Part shown: in pieces, positions 56,387-64,000 of the stretch
Layout: each line of letters begins with the position of its first letter
How positions within the stretch are numbered: the stretch's first letter is position 1
Source: Thermoplasmata archaeon
GTDB taxonomy: Archaea > Thermoplasmatota > JASEFT01 > JBBABA01
Length of the DNA: 64,000 nt
Direction: 5' to 3'
NCBI GenBank assembly: GCA_041657955.1
Contig: JBBABA010000007.1
Location: 27,117-91,116 of the forward strand
Position numbers and translations under genes: made by a program
The notes under the pieces: generated by a model
The model's database searches: none
Seen by the model: only the letters and a program-made list of their open reading frames with translations
What the model was told of the DNA's origin: nothing

Positions 56387-57421
56387 ATGGCACCAGAACT
56401 CTGCAAACTTGTTAGTGAAATCAGGAAAAAGAGCAAACCGTATAGATACGACACGTCCAGGTACATTTCTTCCTGGACTGAAAAAGAAGTCCTAAACGGG
56501 GAAATTGTCGATGCTTTGACTGTCATTTTGCGAACAAGGGGCTGTGCATGGGCATTGGAAAGCGGTTGCTCCATGTGCGGCTATATAAACGACACTGTAC
56601 AGAAGGCGGTCTCCGATGAGGATATCTTAATGCAGTTCTCCGAAGCTATGAAAAATATAAAGAACCAAAAAATTGTGAAAATTTTCACCTCTGGCAGCTT
56701 TTTTGATGAGGGGGAAATCTCATCTTTTGCGAAGAAAAAAATGATTGAGATACTTGCAGATAAAGCAGAAAAAATATCCGTAGAAAGCAGGTTGGAATAT
56801 ATATCTGACGAGCGGCTGCGCCCGGCGATAGAAATATGCGAGAACAAGGACGCCCAGTTGGAGGTTGCTGTCGGCTTGGAATCAGCAAATGATGTGATAT
56901 TGGAGCACAGTATTAACAAAAATATCCGTTTTACAGATTATTTGAGGGCGGCAGAAGTGCTAAAAGAGAATAAAGTCCTTGTAAAAACATACCTGCTGGT
57001 AAAACCGCCCTTCCTGACAGAGAAGGAAGCCATAATGGACGCGCTGAATTCCGTGAAAAGCATCCGCGATATTTCAAACACGATTTCGTTTAACCCGGTA
57101 AATATCCAAAATTACACTTTAGTGGAGCATTTGTGGCACCGCGGAGAGTACGAACCGCCCTGGCTGTGGTCTCTCGTAGAGATATTGAAGGAAAGCAGTA
57201 AAATCACAAATGCAAGGCTTCTTTCCGCGCCAAGCGGTGCAGGTACGAAAAGAGGCGTACATAACTGCGGAAAATGCGACGACACCGTGTTGAAAGCCGT
57301 TCAAAACTTTTCGCTCTATGGCAACGCGGATGTCTTTGGCGGTCTCCATTGCGATTGCAAAGAAGAATGGCATGATGTATTGGACTTAGAACATTTTGCT
57401 AGATGCACGTTATCTACATAG
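56387..57421 (+). CDS. Radical SAM protein of the archaeal TIGR01210 / RaSEA-like family (archaeosine pathway partner)
   Basis: LRTRGCAWALESGCSMCGY cysteine cluster, an Elp3-like core, and C-terminal CGKC...CDC cysteines. GGAGG lies 7 nt upstream of the ATG. Confidence 0.6.
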   Translation: MAPELCKLVSEIRKKSKPYRYDTSRYISSWTEKEVLNGEIVDALTVILRTRGCAWALESGCSMCGYINDTVQKAVSDEDILMQFSEAMKNIKNQKIVKIFTSGSFFDEGEISSFAKKKMIEILADKAEKISVESRLEYISDERLRPAIEICENKDAQLEVAVGLESANDVILEHSINKNIRFTDYLRAAEVLKENKVLVKTYLLVKPPFLTEKEAIMDALNSVKSIRDISNTISFNPVNIQNYTLVEHLWHRGEYEPPWLWSLVEILKESSKITNARLLSAPSGAGTKRGVHNCGKCDDTVLKAVQNFSLYGNADVFGGLHCDCKEEWHDVLDLEHFARCTLST

Positions 57422-58085
57422 ATGCTACGACCAATGAATGTATCATACCGGCAGTATTTTTACAGTTGTCTGCAGCGTTCTCTACAGCGTGAAGCATGTC
57501 ATTAATTACGATTATCGGCCTGGCATCCAAACTCGATGACATCAGCCTTCTTTTTATTTTGAAGTATGTATCGTCCATCTCATGTTCCAATACATCGACT
57601 TCATTTTCATATTTCGCTACAATTTCGTTGTTCTTTCCAAAGTTATCCATCATCTGTTTTAATGCCTTGCACGCCTTATCCAATTTACCGCTCATCTCTT
57701 TAAGCATCTCGCATATGTCCCTTGGTATCTCGACGTTCGCGTCGAGCAATATACTCATATCTCGGCTAGCTTCTTTTAGCCAATCTGCGACGAGGTCGGA
57801 GCGTTTTATTAGGTGCATTAGATCCTCCCTTTCCTTGTGCGGGAGTTCTCCCCTACTCAATTCCTCAAACACTTTAACTTCTATGTCGTCCGCTTCTTTT
57901 TCGCTAATTTGCAGTCTTTCAACACTCTTTCTTGCACATACTTTATCATCTATACACAGGCAAGACATAGCATTATTAAATTCAGTAGCTGTTTCCACTA
58001 CCCTTCCAATATGCTCTCTAGTCTCCCTCACAATAATGGATTCTCTTCTGGTTTCAAACCATTTGAGCAACGCTTTTTCACTCAA
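57414..58085 (-). CDS. DUF47 (PhoU-like, TIGR00153) family protein
   Basis: 223-aa all-helical protein with DUF47-like N-terminus LLKWFETRRESIIVRETREHIGRVVE and EADDIE / ENAADNCKN motifs. Its start overlaps the ABC ATPase stop by 8 nt. Confidence 0.65.
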   Translation of the reverse strand: MSEKALLKWFETRRESIIVRETREHIGRVVETATEFNNAMSCLCIDDKVCARKSVERLQISEKEADDIEVKVFEELSRGELPHKEREDLMHLIKRSDLVADWLKEASRDMSILLDANVEIPRDICEMLKEMSGKLDKACKALKQMMDNFGKNNEIVAKYENEVDVLEHEMDDTYFKIKRRLMSSSLDARPIIVINDMLHAVENAADNCKNTAGMIHSLVVASM

Positions 58086-59181
58086 GTTTTAACACCTCCG
58101 GCAAACCTTCTTCCGGTTTCTTATATACGCATGTCTTTTCTGGGTCAAATATTACTATAACGCTCTCGTCTTTATTAAATCTTTTATTACTTGTAATGGG
58201 AACGTCTACGTTTAGATAGTCGCCGCCTTTTGTTTTGAGTACATATCTGATGTAACTGCTAATAAATATGATATCGTGTATAACCGCAACTACGGTGTTC
58301 TCCCGATTATCCTCGCCCTTTTCCAATACGATATTTTCTGGCCTAACCGATACAACAATAGCATCTCCATAGGTAAATCCATGACTTTTTAATCTGAGTA
58401 TATCTCCATCATTCATCTCAACCACAATATTGGGCCCATCTACCATAGACACTATGCCCTCAATAAAATTAGATTCTCCTACGAAATTTGCAGTAAATAT
58501 CTTCTTTGGATTGTTGTACAAATTCTGCGGTGTGTTTATTTCGACTATCTTGCCTGCTTTCATTACAACAACTCTATCGGAAATAGACATAGCTTCTTCT
58601 TGGTCGTGCGTCACATGGATAGCTGTCAAATTCAGAGTTTTAACCAGTCTGCGCAACTCCCGCCTCAATCCCATTCTTTCCACCACGTCCAATGCTGAAA
58701 GCGGCTCATCCAGCAACAATAATTTAGTATCTGAGCATAATGCTCTTGCGAGAGAGGTTTTTTGCTGCGAGCCGCCAGATAATTCCCGCGGATAAAGTGC
58801 TTTTTGATTGAGGAGCTTTACTAATCTAAGCGCTTCGTTACCAATCTTGGTTGCTCTCTCTCTATCCCGACCCTTTACTCTACCAGAGTACGTCGCGTTG
58901 TTCCAGACATTTAGGTGCGGAAATAAAGCTATATTTTGAAATACATAGCCAATATTTCTTTCATATATTGGCACATTATTCATGAGTTTGCCGTCAATAT
59001 AAACCTCGCCAGAGGTGGGCTCCAATATGCCGGCGATCATTCGTACAATGGTAGTTTTACCACAACCGCTGGGTCCAAGGATTGTCACGTACTCACCACT
59101 CTTCACGTTTAGATTTATGTTGTCCGCCGCGGCGATGCTGCCAAAACGCATTGTAAGATTTTTTAATTCTATAACTGGCAT
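58078..59181 (-). CDS. ABC transporter ATP-binding protein with C-terminal TOBE-like domain (ATPase 2)
   Basis: Walker A GPSGCGKTT, LSGGSQQ signature, LLLDEP Walker B, and a C-terminal beta-rich regulatory domain. Confidence 0.85.
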   Translation of the reverse strand: MPVIELKNLTMRFGSIAAADNINLNVKSGEYVTILGPSGCGKTTIVRMIAGILEPTSGEVYIDGKLMNNVPIYERNIGYVFQNIALFPHLNVWNNATYSGRVKGRDRERATKIGNEALRLVKLLNQKALYPRELSGGSQQKTSLARALCSDTKLLLLDEPLSALDVVERMGLRRELRRLVKTLNLTAIHVTHDQEEAMSISDRVVVMKAGKIVEINTPQNLYNNPKKIFTANFVGESNFIEGIVSMVDGPNIVVEMNDGDILRLKSHGFTYGDAIVVSVRPENIVLEKGEDNRENTVVAVIHDIIFISSYIRYVLKTKGGDYLNVDVPITSNKRFNKDESVIVIFDPEKTCVYKKPEEGLPEVLKLE

Positions 59182-60279
59182 TTAAACACCTACCTCTTTT
59201 ATTAAACCGAACTTTGGATATTCAAAGGCAATCAGTTTTTCCTGTGGAAATTTTACCCTTACTTTTTCTCCCTTGGAGTAACTAAGCGCAATTGTACTCT
59301 GAAGCTTTGAGACTATCTTTCTGCCATTATCGAGTTTCACATCCAGCGTCGTAAATTTTCCGAGAAACGTGAAATCCTCAATCTCTCCAAAGAATGTGTT
59401 GGGGCCACCTTCGTTTTGTTTATCGACGACCACATATTCTATTTTTATGCTTGCTACTACCTTGTCGCCAATGTTAAATTCCCCGTTTGTCATGATGGTA
59501 TCATCATAAGTGCCCTTGATTGTTAGTAGATCATCTGTTTTATTTACAATGACGCCTTCTATAAAATTTGAAAATCCGATAAAATTGGCTACAAACGGGT
59601 TCTTGGGTATGTCAAACAATTTTTGTGGTGTATCGATTTGTTCCAATCTTCCATTTTTAATCACTGCGATTCTGTCAGAGATAGACATTGCTTCCTCTTG
59701 ATCGTGCGTCACATGGATTGCCGTAATATTCAGGTCCTTTACGAGTTTTCTTAATTCGTACCGCAGTTCGATTCTCAATCTTGCATCAAGTGCCCTGAGA
59801 GGTTCATCCAACAAGAGTACACTCGCATTCGCCGCTAGTGCCCTTGCCAATCCACACCTTTGCTGCATCCCGCCACTTAATTCACTTGGCAAGGCATCAG
59901 GTCGTTTCCATAATCGTACCATAGTCAACATTTCTTTCCCGATGGTGCTTATCTCCTGCTCTCCCACACCCTGAATTCTCGGGGCAAACGTAGTATTTTC
60001 CCAAACATTGAAATGAGGAAATAAGGAATATGTTTGAGGGAAATAGACAGCACTTCTCTTCTCTGGCGGATATTCATTAACCGGTTCTCCTCCGATAAAC
60101 ACATCACCAGAATCTTGCTCTACCAAACCAGCGATAATTTTTAGTATAGTAGTTTTTCCTGCCCCCGTAGGCCCAATTATTGTTAAATATTCACCATCTT
60201 TAACGTCGATTGTGAAGTCGTCCACTGCCGTAAGTGAACCGTATCTTTTTGTTATGTTCGATAATCTTATTGCAGCCAT
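59182..60279 (-). CDS. ABC transporter ATP-binding protein with C-terminal TOBE-like domain (ATPase 1)
   Basis: GPTGAGKTT, LSGGMQQR, LLLDEP. It abuts ATPase 2 with no gap. Confidence 0.85.
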   Translation of the reverse strand: MAAIRLSNITKRYGSLTAVDDFTIDVKDGEYLTIIGPTGAGKTTILKIIAGLVEQDSGDVFIGGEPVNEYPPEKRSAVYFPQTYSLFPHFNVWENTTFAPRIQGVGEQEISTIGKEMLTMVRLWKRPDALPSELSGGMQQRCGLARALAANASVLLLDEPLRALDARLRIELRYELRKLVKDLNITAIHVTHDQEEAMSISDRIAVIKNGRLEQIDTPQKLFDIPKNPFVANFIGFSNFIEGVIVNKTDDLLTIKGTYDDTIMTNGEFNIGDKVVASIKIEYVVVDKQNEGGPNTFFGEIEDFTFLGKFTTLDVKLDNGRKIVSKLQSTIALSYSKGEKVRVKFPQEKLIAFEYPKFGLIKEVGV

Positions 60280-60283
60280 ATCT

Positions 60284-62215
60284 TCATTTCACCTTTTTGG
60301 TGACATATCTAAGTAACAACAAAGAGATGAACGAAACTCCGATTAACACGATGCATGCAAGAGCGGCGGGGTAATACGACTGCTGCTTGGTGATTAAATC
60401 GACAATGTATACTGGAGCGGTGATTATTTTGCTATCTTTTGCTATTACCGCTATTGTTGCCCCTGTTTCATCAAGGCTTCTAGTAAATGTCATTATTGCG
60501 CCTGCCAATATCGAGGGTTTAATCATTGGGAACAATACCTTCCTGAAGTTCTGCAGAGGTCCAGCACCTAATGTTCTTCCAGTTTCTTCATAACTCATAT
60601 CTGTGCACTCTACGGCGGAACTTACGCTTCTGACTATAAATGGGTATGTAAACGCGATATGAGCAAGGATTATTAACAAAAGTTCATAGGAAATTGGTTG
60701 AAAAATCGGTTGGCGCCAAAACAGACCGAGCGAGAAACCGAGTGCCGCTGTTGGTACAATGATAGGTATATCAGTCAAGGTATCTAAAGTAGCAGTCAAT
60801 TTTTTATTTTTGCCCCTTGCGATTAGTATTGCCAATGGTATGCCAAGTAATAGATTTGCGGCAGTAACAATTGCTGCAACGATAAGGGAGATTAGTAAGC
60901 TGTATTGAAGAGTTGCCCAGTCAACACCAGTCGCCTTAGCACTAAATATGTAACCGATAATAAAGAAGGCAGGTATGATAACAATACCGAAGAAGAAGAT
61001 AAATGAGGATGCATTTTTCAATTTTGGCACAAACCCCCTGCTCAATAACGTTTCGTATCTTGGCCACACCTTTTGAGTCGGTAGTTTAAACCTAGTTATC
61101 AGCATTTTGACAGCGATCAGGAGCAGTATCGAGGATATTATCAATATCATGCTGATAAACGCAAGTGCTGGTTCCAAATGAAGAAAATTGGACTGTTTTA
61201 TAGTGCCAATCAGTGCTGGCCCAGTTATCCCCGCGGTAGAGGCGAGATTCTCTATTTTTAATGGTATGAGCATAGAAAGAGTAATCATAGTGGCACCTGT
61301 TTCGCTTAAACTTCTTGCTAAGCACAATATTGTACCAGTCGCTAGCCCTCCTCTAAAAAGCGGCATTGTAATCGTTCTAGCAACAGTAAATGGTGAGGCA
61401 CCGAGTGTACCCGCTGCAATTTCATAAGAGATGTCTATTTCCTCTATGGCAGCAGCAAGCGACCTTACCATATATGGATAAGAGAACGCTACATGAAGAA
61501 GAACGACCAGAAGAAATGGTGATGAAACAAAACTAGCGGCACCAAACGGTATGAGGATGCCTTTTTCTGATGGAATTGCCGCCCAGAATATGGCGATGGA
61601 GAATCCGAGCGCAGCAGTCGGTACCGCAATAGGCAGATCTACTAAAACATCCAGGTACCGTTTTCCAGGAAATTTTTTCCTCGCTAAAAGCCATGCCAAC
61701 GGTAAACCGGCAACAAAATCTATTACAACTACAACCAACGCAACCGCGATGGAAAACCACAATGCATTTATTATGATCGGCATTAGACTTATTGTAGTAG
61801 ATTTGATTTGGGGAACATTTGAGATGGCGGCAGAAGCGTTCTTACTCACGGTCTTGACTTTAAAATAAGAAGAAGAGTCCATTGACAAACCAGACAACGT
61901 ATAATTAGTATTGTTCGCTTCTTTTATTGTCGCGATAAGTGTAGAATTGCTTGGTTCAAAATCGCTTATCGAAGAAGTATGGATTTCATATTTGCTGAAA
62001 TTTACATCACCCGAACGATTCCAGGACAGCGTTATGGATTTTGTATCCGAAAAGACATATTTTTGAAGGTCGTCACCATGTGTGACGGAATAAGATAATA
62101 CATACACGGTGGGGGTTATGATGATGAATAAAAAGAACAGCACAATGAACGAATACCAAGTTTTGTTAAACCATTTTTTACCTATCACCGTATCCAACTT
62201 TCGTGATATTTGCAT
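60284..62215 (-). CDS. Fused double ABC permease (CysTW/ModB/WtpB-like oxyanion type) with an N-terminal Fn3-like ectodomain
   Basis: Two permease halves each carry an EAA-type loop (AAGTLGASPF...ARSLSETGATM; TGRTLGAGPL...TRSLDETGATI). Between TM1 and TM2 (nt ~61841-62053) is ITLSWNRSGDVNFSKYEIHTSS...YTLSGLSMDSSSYFKVKTVS. Confidence 0.75.
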   Translation of the reverse strand: MQISRKLDTVIGKKWFNKTWYSFIVLFFLFIIITPTVYVLSYSVTHGDDLQKYVFSDTKSITLSWNRSGDVNFSKYEIHTSSISDFEPSNSTLIATIKEANNTNYTLSGLSMDSSSYFKVKTVSKNASAAISNVPQIKSTTISLMPIIINALWFSIAVALVVVVIDFVAGLPLAWLLARKKFPGKRYLDVLVDLPIAVPTAALGFSIAIFWAAIPSEKGILIPFGAASFVSSPFLLVVLLHVAFSYPYMVRSLAAAIEEIDISYEIAAGTLGASPFTVARTITMPLFRGGLATGTILCLARSLSETGATMITLSMLIPLKIENLASTAGITGPALIGTIKQSNFLHLEPALAFISMILIISSILLLIAVKMLITRFKLPTQKVWPRYETLLSRGFVPKLKNASSFIFFFGIVIIPAFFIIGYIFSAKATGVDWATLQYSLLISLIVAAIVTAANLLLGIPLAILIARGKNKKLTATLDTLTDIPIIVPTAALGFSLGLFWRQPIFQPISYELLLIILAHIAFTYPFIVRSVSSAVECTDMSYEETGRTLGAGPLQNFRKVLFPMIKPSILAGAIMTFTRSLDETGATIAVIAKDSKIITAPVYIVDLITKQQSYYPAALACIVLIGVSFISLLLLRYVTKKVK

Positions 62216-62295
62216 TTTTACACCTGTGAATTATCTTAATATTTGTCAGTATTACTCAAATTCTTCAATAGCGTATCTCATCATGTATGTGCCTA

Positions 62296-62478
62296 TTAGC
62301 TTCCTGAGCAGGTGGTCTTTATTTTTTTCCTTCTTTCCTCGCGGTTGTCGTACTTTTCCAGAAGTTCTACAAGTTCGTTGACGCCGACGAGGACATTTTC
62401 ACTCTGTTTCTCAAGCTTAACAAAGAACTGTTTTTCTTGCGGTATTAACCAAGAAATTATTCCCATAACACTCCTCAC
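62296..62478 (-). pseudogene. 5' remnant of a second DUF47/PhoU-like gene
   Basis: GIISWLIPQEKQFFVKLEKQSENVLVGVNELVELLEKYD matches the canonical DUF47 N-terminus (W..L.P.E..FF.L.E......V.G...L.ELL). The ORF stops after 60 codons. Only ~80 nt remain before the permease start. Confidence 0.5.
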
Positions 62479-62736
62479 TATTTTGTAAGTCTACTGTAGG
62501 CTTAGGTATGTACGAAGTGATAGCAGATATGGTTTAAAATGTGCTGAACATAAAATATATATCAATATATATTAGACAGTACGAAATTGAAAGCAATCAA
62601 ACCACAGCCAGATTAAATAAAAATATGTGGTATATATCAATAAATATCAGTAATCGCAATAATTAAAAATACGTCCAACCTTGTTTATAGAAAAAACACC
62701 GTTTTTGCTATATTGGTGAGAGAAAATATTGTGTAA

Positions 62737-63573
62737 TCACTTTACCTTGATGCCTTTCGGGTCAAATACCGGTTTTGGGAACTTTAAGTCTAGCGACTCT
62801 ATTGTTTCAATTATTATCTGCGATATCGCAAGGTTGCGGAACCACTTCTTGTCAGCTGGGATTATGTACCAGGGTGCCCGCTTCGTGTTGCATTTCGAGA
62901 TGGCGTCCTCAAATGCCTGAGTGTATTCGCTCCATAGTTGGCGTTCCTTCAGGTCCGTCGGGTTTATCTTCCAGTTCTTTGACGGGTCGTCGATCCGCTC
63001 TTGCAAGCGGCGCTTCTGCTCCTCTTTGCTTACGTGCAGGAAAAACTTGAGGATTTTCGTATTGTTCTCGGAAAGCATCCTCTCAAAATCATTTATCTGC
63101 CAGTAGCGGTTGGACCAGACTGACTTGGGGGCGATGTTGTGCACCCGCACGGCCAAGACGTCCTCGTAATGAGACCTGTTGAATATTCCTATCTCGCCGC
63201 GCGGCGGGACGACCTTGTGAATTCTCCACAAGAAGTCGTGGGCCGTTTCCTCGTAGGTAGGTAACCTGAAAGACGCGACGTTGCATATGCGGGGATTTAT
63301 CCCGTGCATGACGTGGCGTATCGTGCCGTCCTTCCCGGCTGCATCCATCCCCTGGAGTATTATCAAGAGAGAGTGACTGTTCGACGCGAACAACAGATAC
63401 TGGAGTTCTTCGAGCCTTTTCTGGTTGTGTTCAAGGATCTTGTTTGCGATGTCTTTTTCCTCAAAACCGAACGTATTTCTCGGATCGTATTTTGATAGAT
63501 TGACCTTCTTTCCTGGCCTGACTATCAGCTCTTCGCTAAGCTTCTTAAGCGACATCTTTGCTCCCCATGCCAA
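62737..63573 (-). CDS. ppk2: Polyphosphate kinase 2 family protein
   Basis: LLIILQGMDAAGKDGTIRHV P-loop, FNRSHYEDVL, and a length of 278 aa typical of single-domain PPK2. Confidence 0.85.
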   Translation of the reverse strand: MAWGAKMSLKKLSEELIVRPGKKVNLSKYDPRNTFGFEEKDIANKILEHNQKRLEELQYLLFASNSHSLLIILQGMDAAGKDGTIRHVMHGINPRICNVASFRLPTYEETAHDFLWRIHKVVPPRGEIGIFNRSHYEDVLAVRVHNIAPKSVWSNRYWQINDFERMLSENNTKILKFFLHVSKEEQKRRLQERIDDPSKNWKINPTDLKERQLWSEYTQAFEDAISKCNTKRAPWYIIPADKKWFRNLAISQIIIETIESLDLKFPKPVFDPKGIKVK

Positions 63574-63591
63574 CCTAAAAACACCAAGGCA

Positions 63592-64000
63592 TTACTTGGT
63601 TTGCTTCTGCAGCGGCAACCATTCTATAAGGAGTCTCTTTTTAAATACTTTTTCAAATAGATCTTTCTTTTCGCTCGTTGCGAACGACTCGTGTTCGTAG
63701 TCTGCTTCCGAGTTGCAGACGATTTTTACCATGCTTGCGCCACAATAGACGCGCACAGGTTTGACAGTAGATATATGCGACGCGTCCAGACCGTCTGCTA
63801 TGCGAAGCAATGCCGAAAGAACGTTCACCCTAAACCTGTCCGGCGGATTAAGCAGCGCAAAGTTGTAGTCGCCGTCCTGCGGCGGCCTCTTGCGATGGTA
63901 TCTAGCAACACTTCCGACGATGTACCGCTCCCGCGTAACGAACGGAAGGTTTTTGTCATTGAGTATCATGGAGAGCGAACTCTTGTGGTGGCCCTTGCCG
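63592..64000 (-). CDS. Ppx/GppA-type HD-domain protein, C-terminal part (5' end outside window)
   Basis: The frame stays open upstream of the track Met to the window edge (..GKGHHKSSLSMILND...). ARYHRKRPP and LSALLRIADGLDASH motifs are typical of exopolyphosphatase C-terminal domains. Confidence 0.6.
   Translation of the reverse strand, partial: GKGHHKSSLSMILNDKNLPFVTRERYIVGSVARYHRKRPPQDGDYNFALLNPPDRFRVNVLSALLRIADGLDASHISTVKPVRVYCGASMVKIVCNSEADYEHESFATSEKKDLFEKVFKKRLLIEWLPLQKQTK

Noticed and set aside
57496-58092. 198-aa plus-strand ORF
   Set aside because: Antisense to the DUF47 gene. Ser/Leu-rich low-complexity translation.

Overview
All calls below were made by eye from the six-frame track and the raw sequence. 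No HMM, BLAST or folding run was possible. The window looks like an AT-rich archaeal chromosome segment. Archaeal markers are Orc1/Cdc6, Pth2, aTrm56, archaeal-type riboflavin synthase, RibL, an AglB/STT3 oligosaccharyltransferase, a Sec11-type signal peptidase, and TATA-like boxes about 22-27 nt upstream of several start codons. The lineage cannot be fixed by inspection. Positions 1-40744 form a cell-surface glycoprotein island with five parts. (1) Two tandem paralogous surface proteins lie on the minus strand. (2) A single uninterrupted 25,071-nt ORF (4836-29906, 8,356 aa) encodes a mosaic of binding folds behind one N-terminal pilin-like hydrophobic helix. Its modules are Ig-like, DUF2341, ConA/LamG, two 7-bladed propellers, a 6-bladed Kelch propeller, FG-GAP, Fn3, discoidin and CBM-like domains, a Gly-rich beta-helix, and an unclassified module that recurs about 10 times. 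(3) A 10x PKD-repeat membrane protein follows, with conserved N-glycosylation sequons and a cytoplasmic zinc-ribbon tail. (4) Next is an unusually long 2,449-aa AglB with a roughly 1,500-aa beta-sandwich C-terminal extension and a second membrane anchor. (5) The giant gene, the PKD protein and AglB are co-directional and are my top candidate for an undescribed surface display/adhesion module. Positions 40756-49883 are ordinary housekeeping: DUF99, pth2, orc1/cdc6, a metallophosphoesterase, hutI-like, ribB-ribL-ribC-ribH, trm56 and signal peptidase. Positions 49937-56237 are a second secreted-protein cluster. Two of its genes share a near-identical 3' cassette: an IPFA-TM-RRKK C-terminal signal plus a conserved structured RNA element. 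Between them sits a chimeric gene with a subtilase remnant lacking the Asp/His region, fused to TSP3 repeats and an HExxH domain. Positions 56387-64000 hold a RaSEA-like radical SAM gene and an ABC importer operon with no binding-protein gene in view. That operon has a fused double permease with an Fn3-like ectodomain, two ATPases and a trailing DUF47/PhoU-like gene. It is followed by a DUF47 gene remnant, PPK2 and a partial Ppx/GppA-type HD protein. I saw no rRNA, tRNA, CRISPR array, transposase or integrase.
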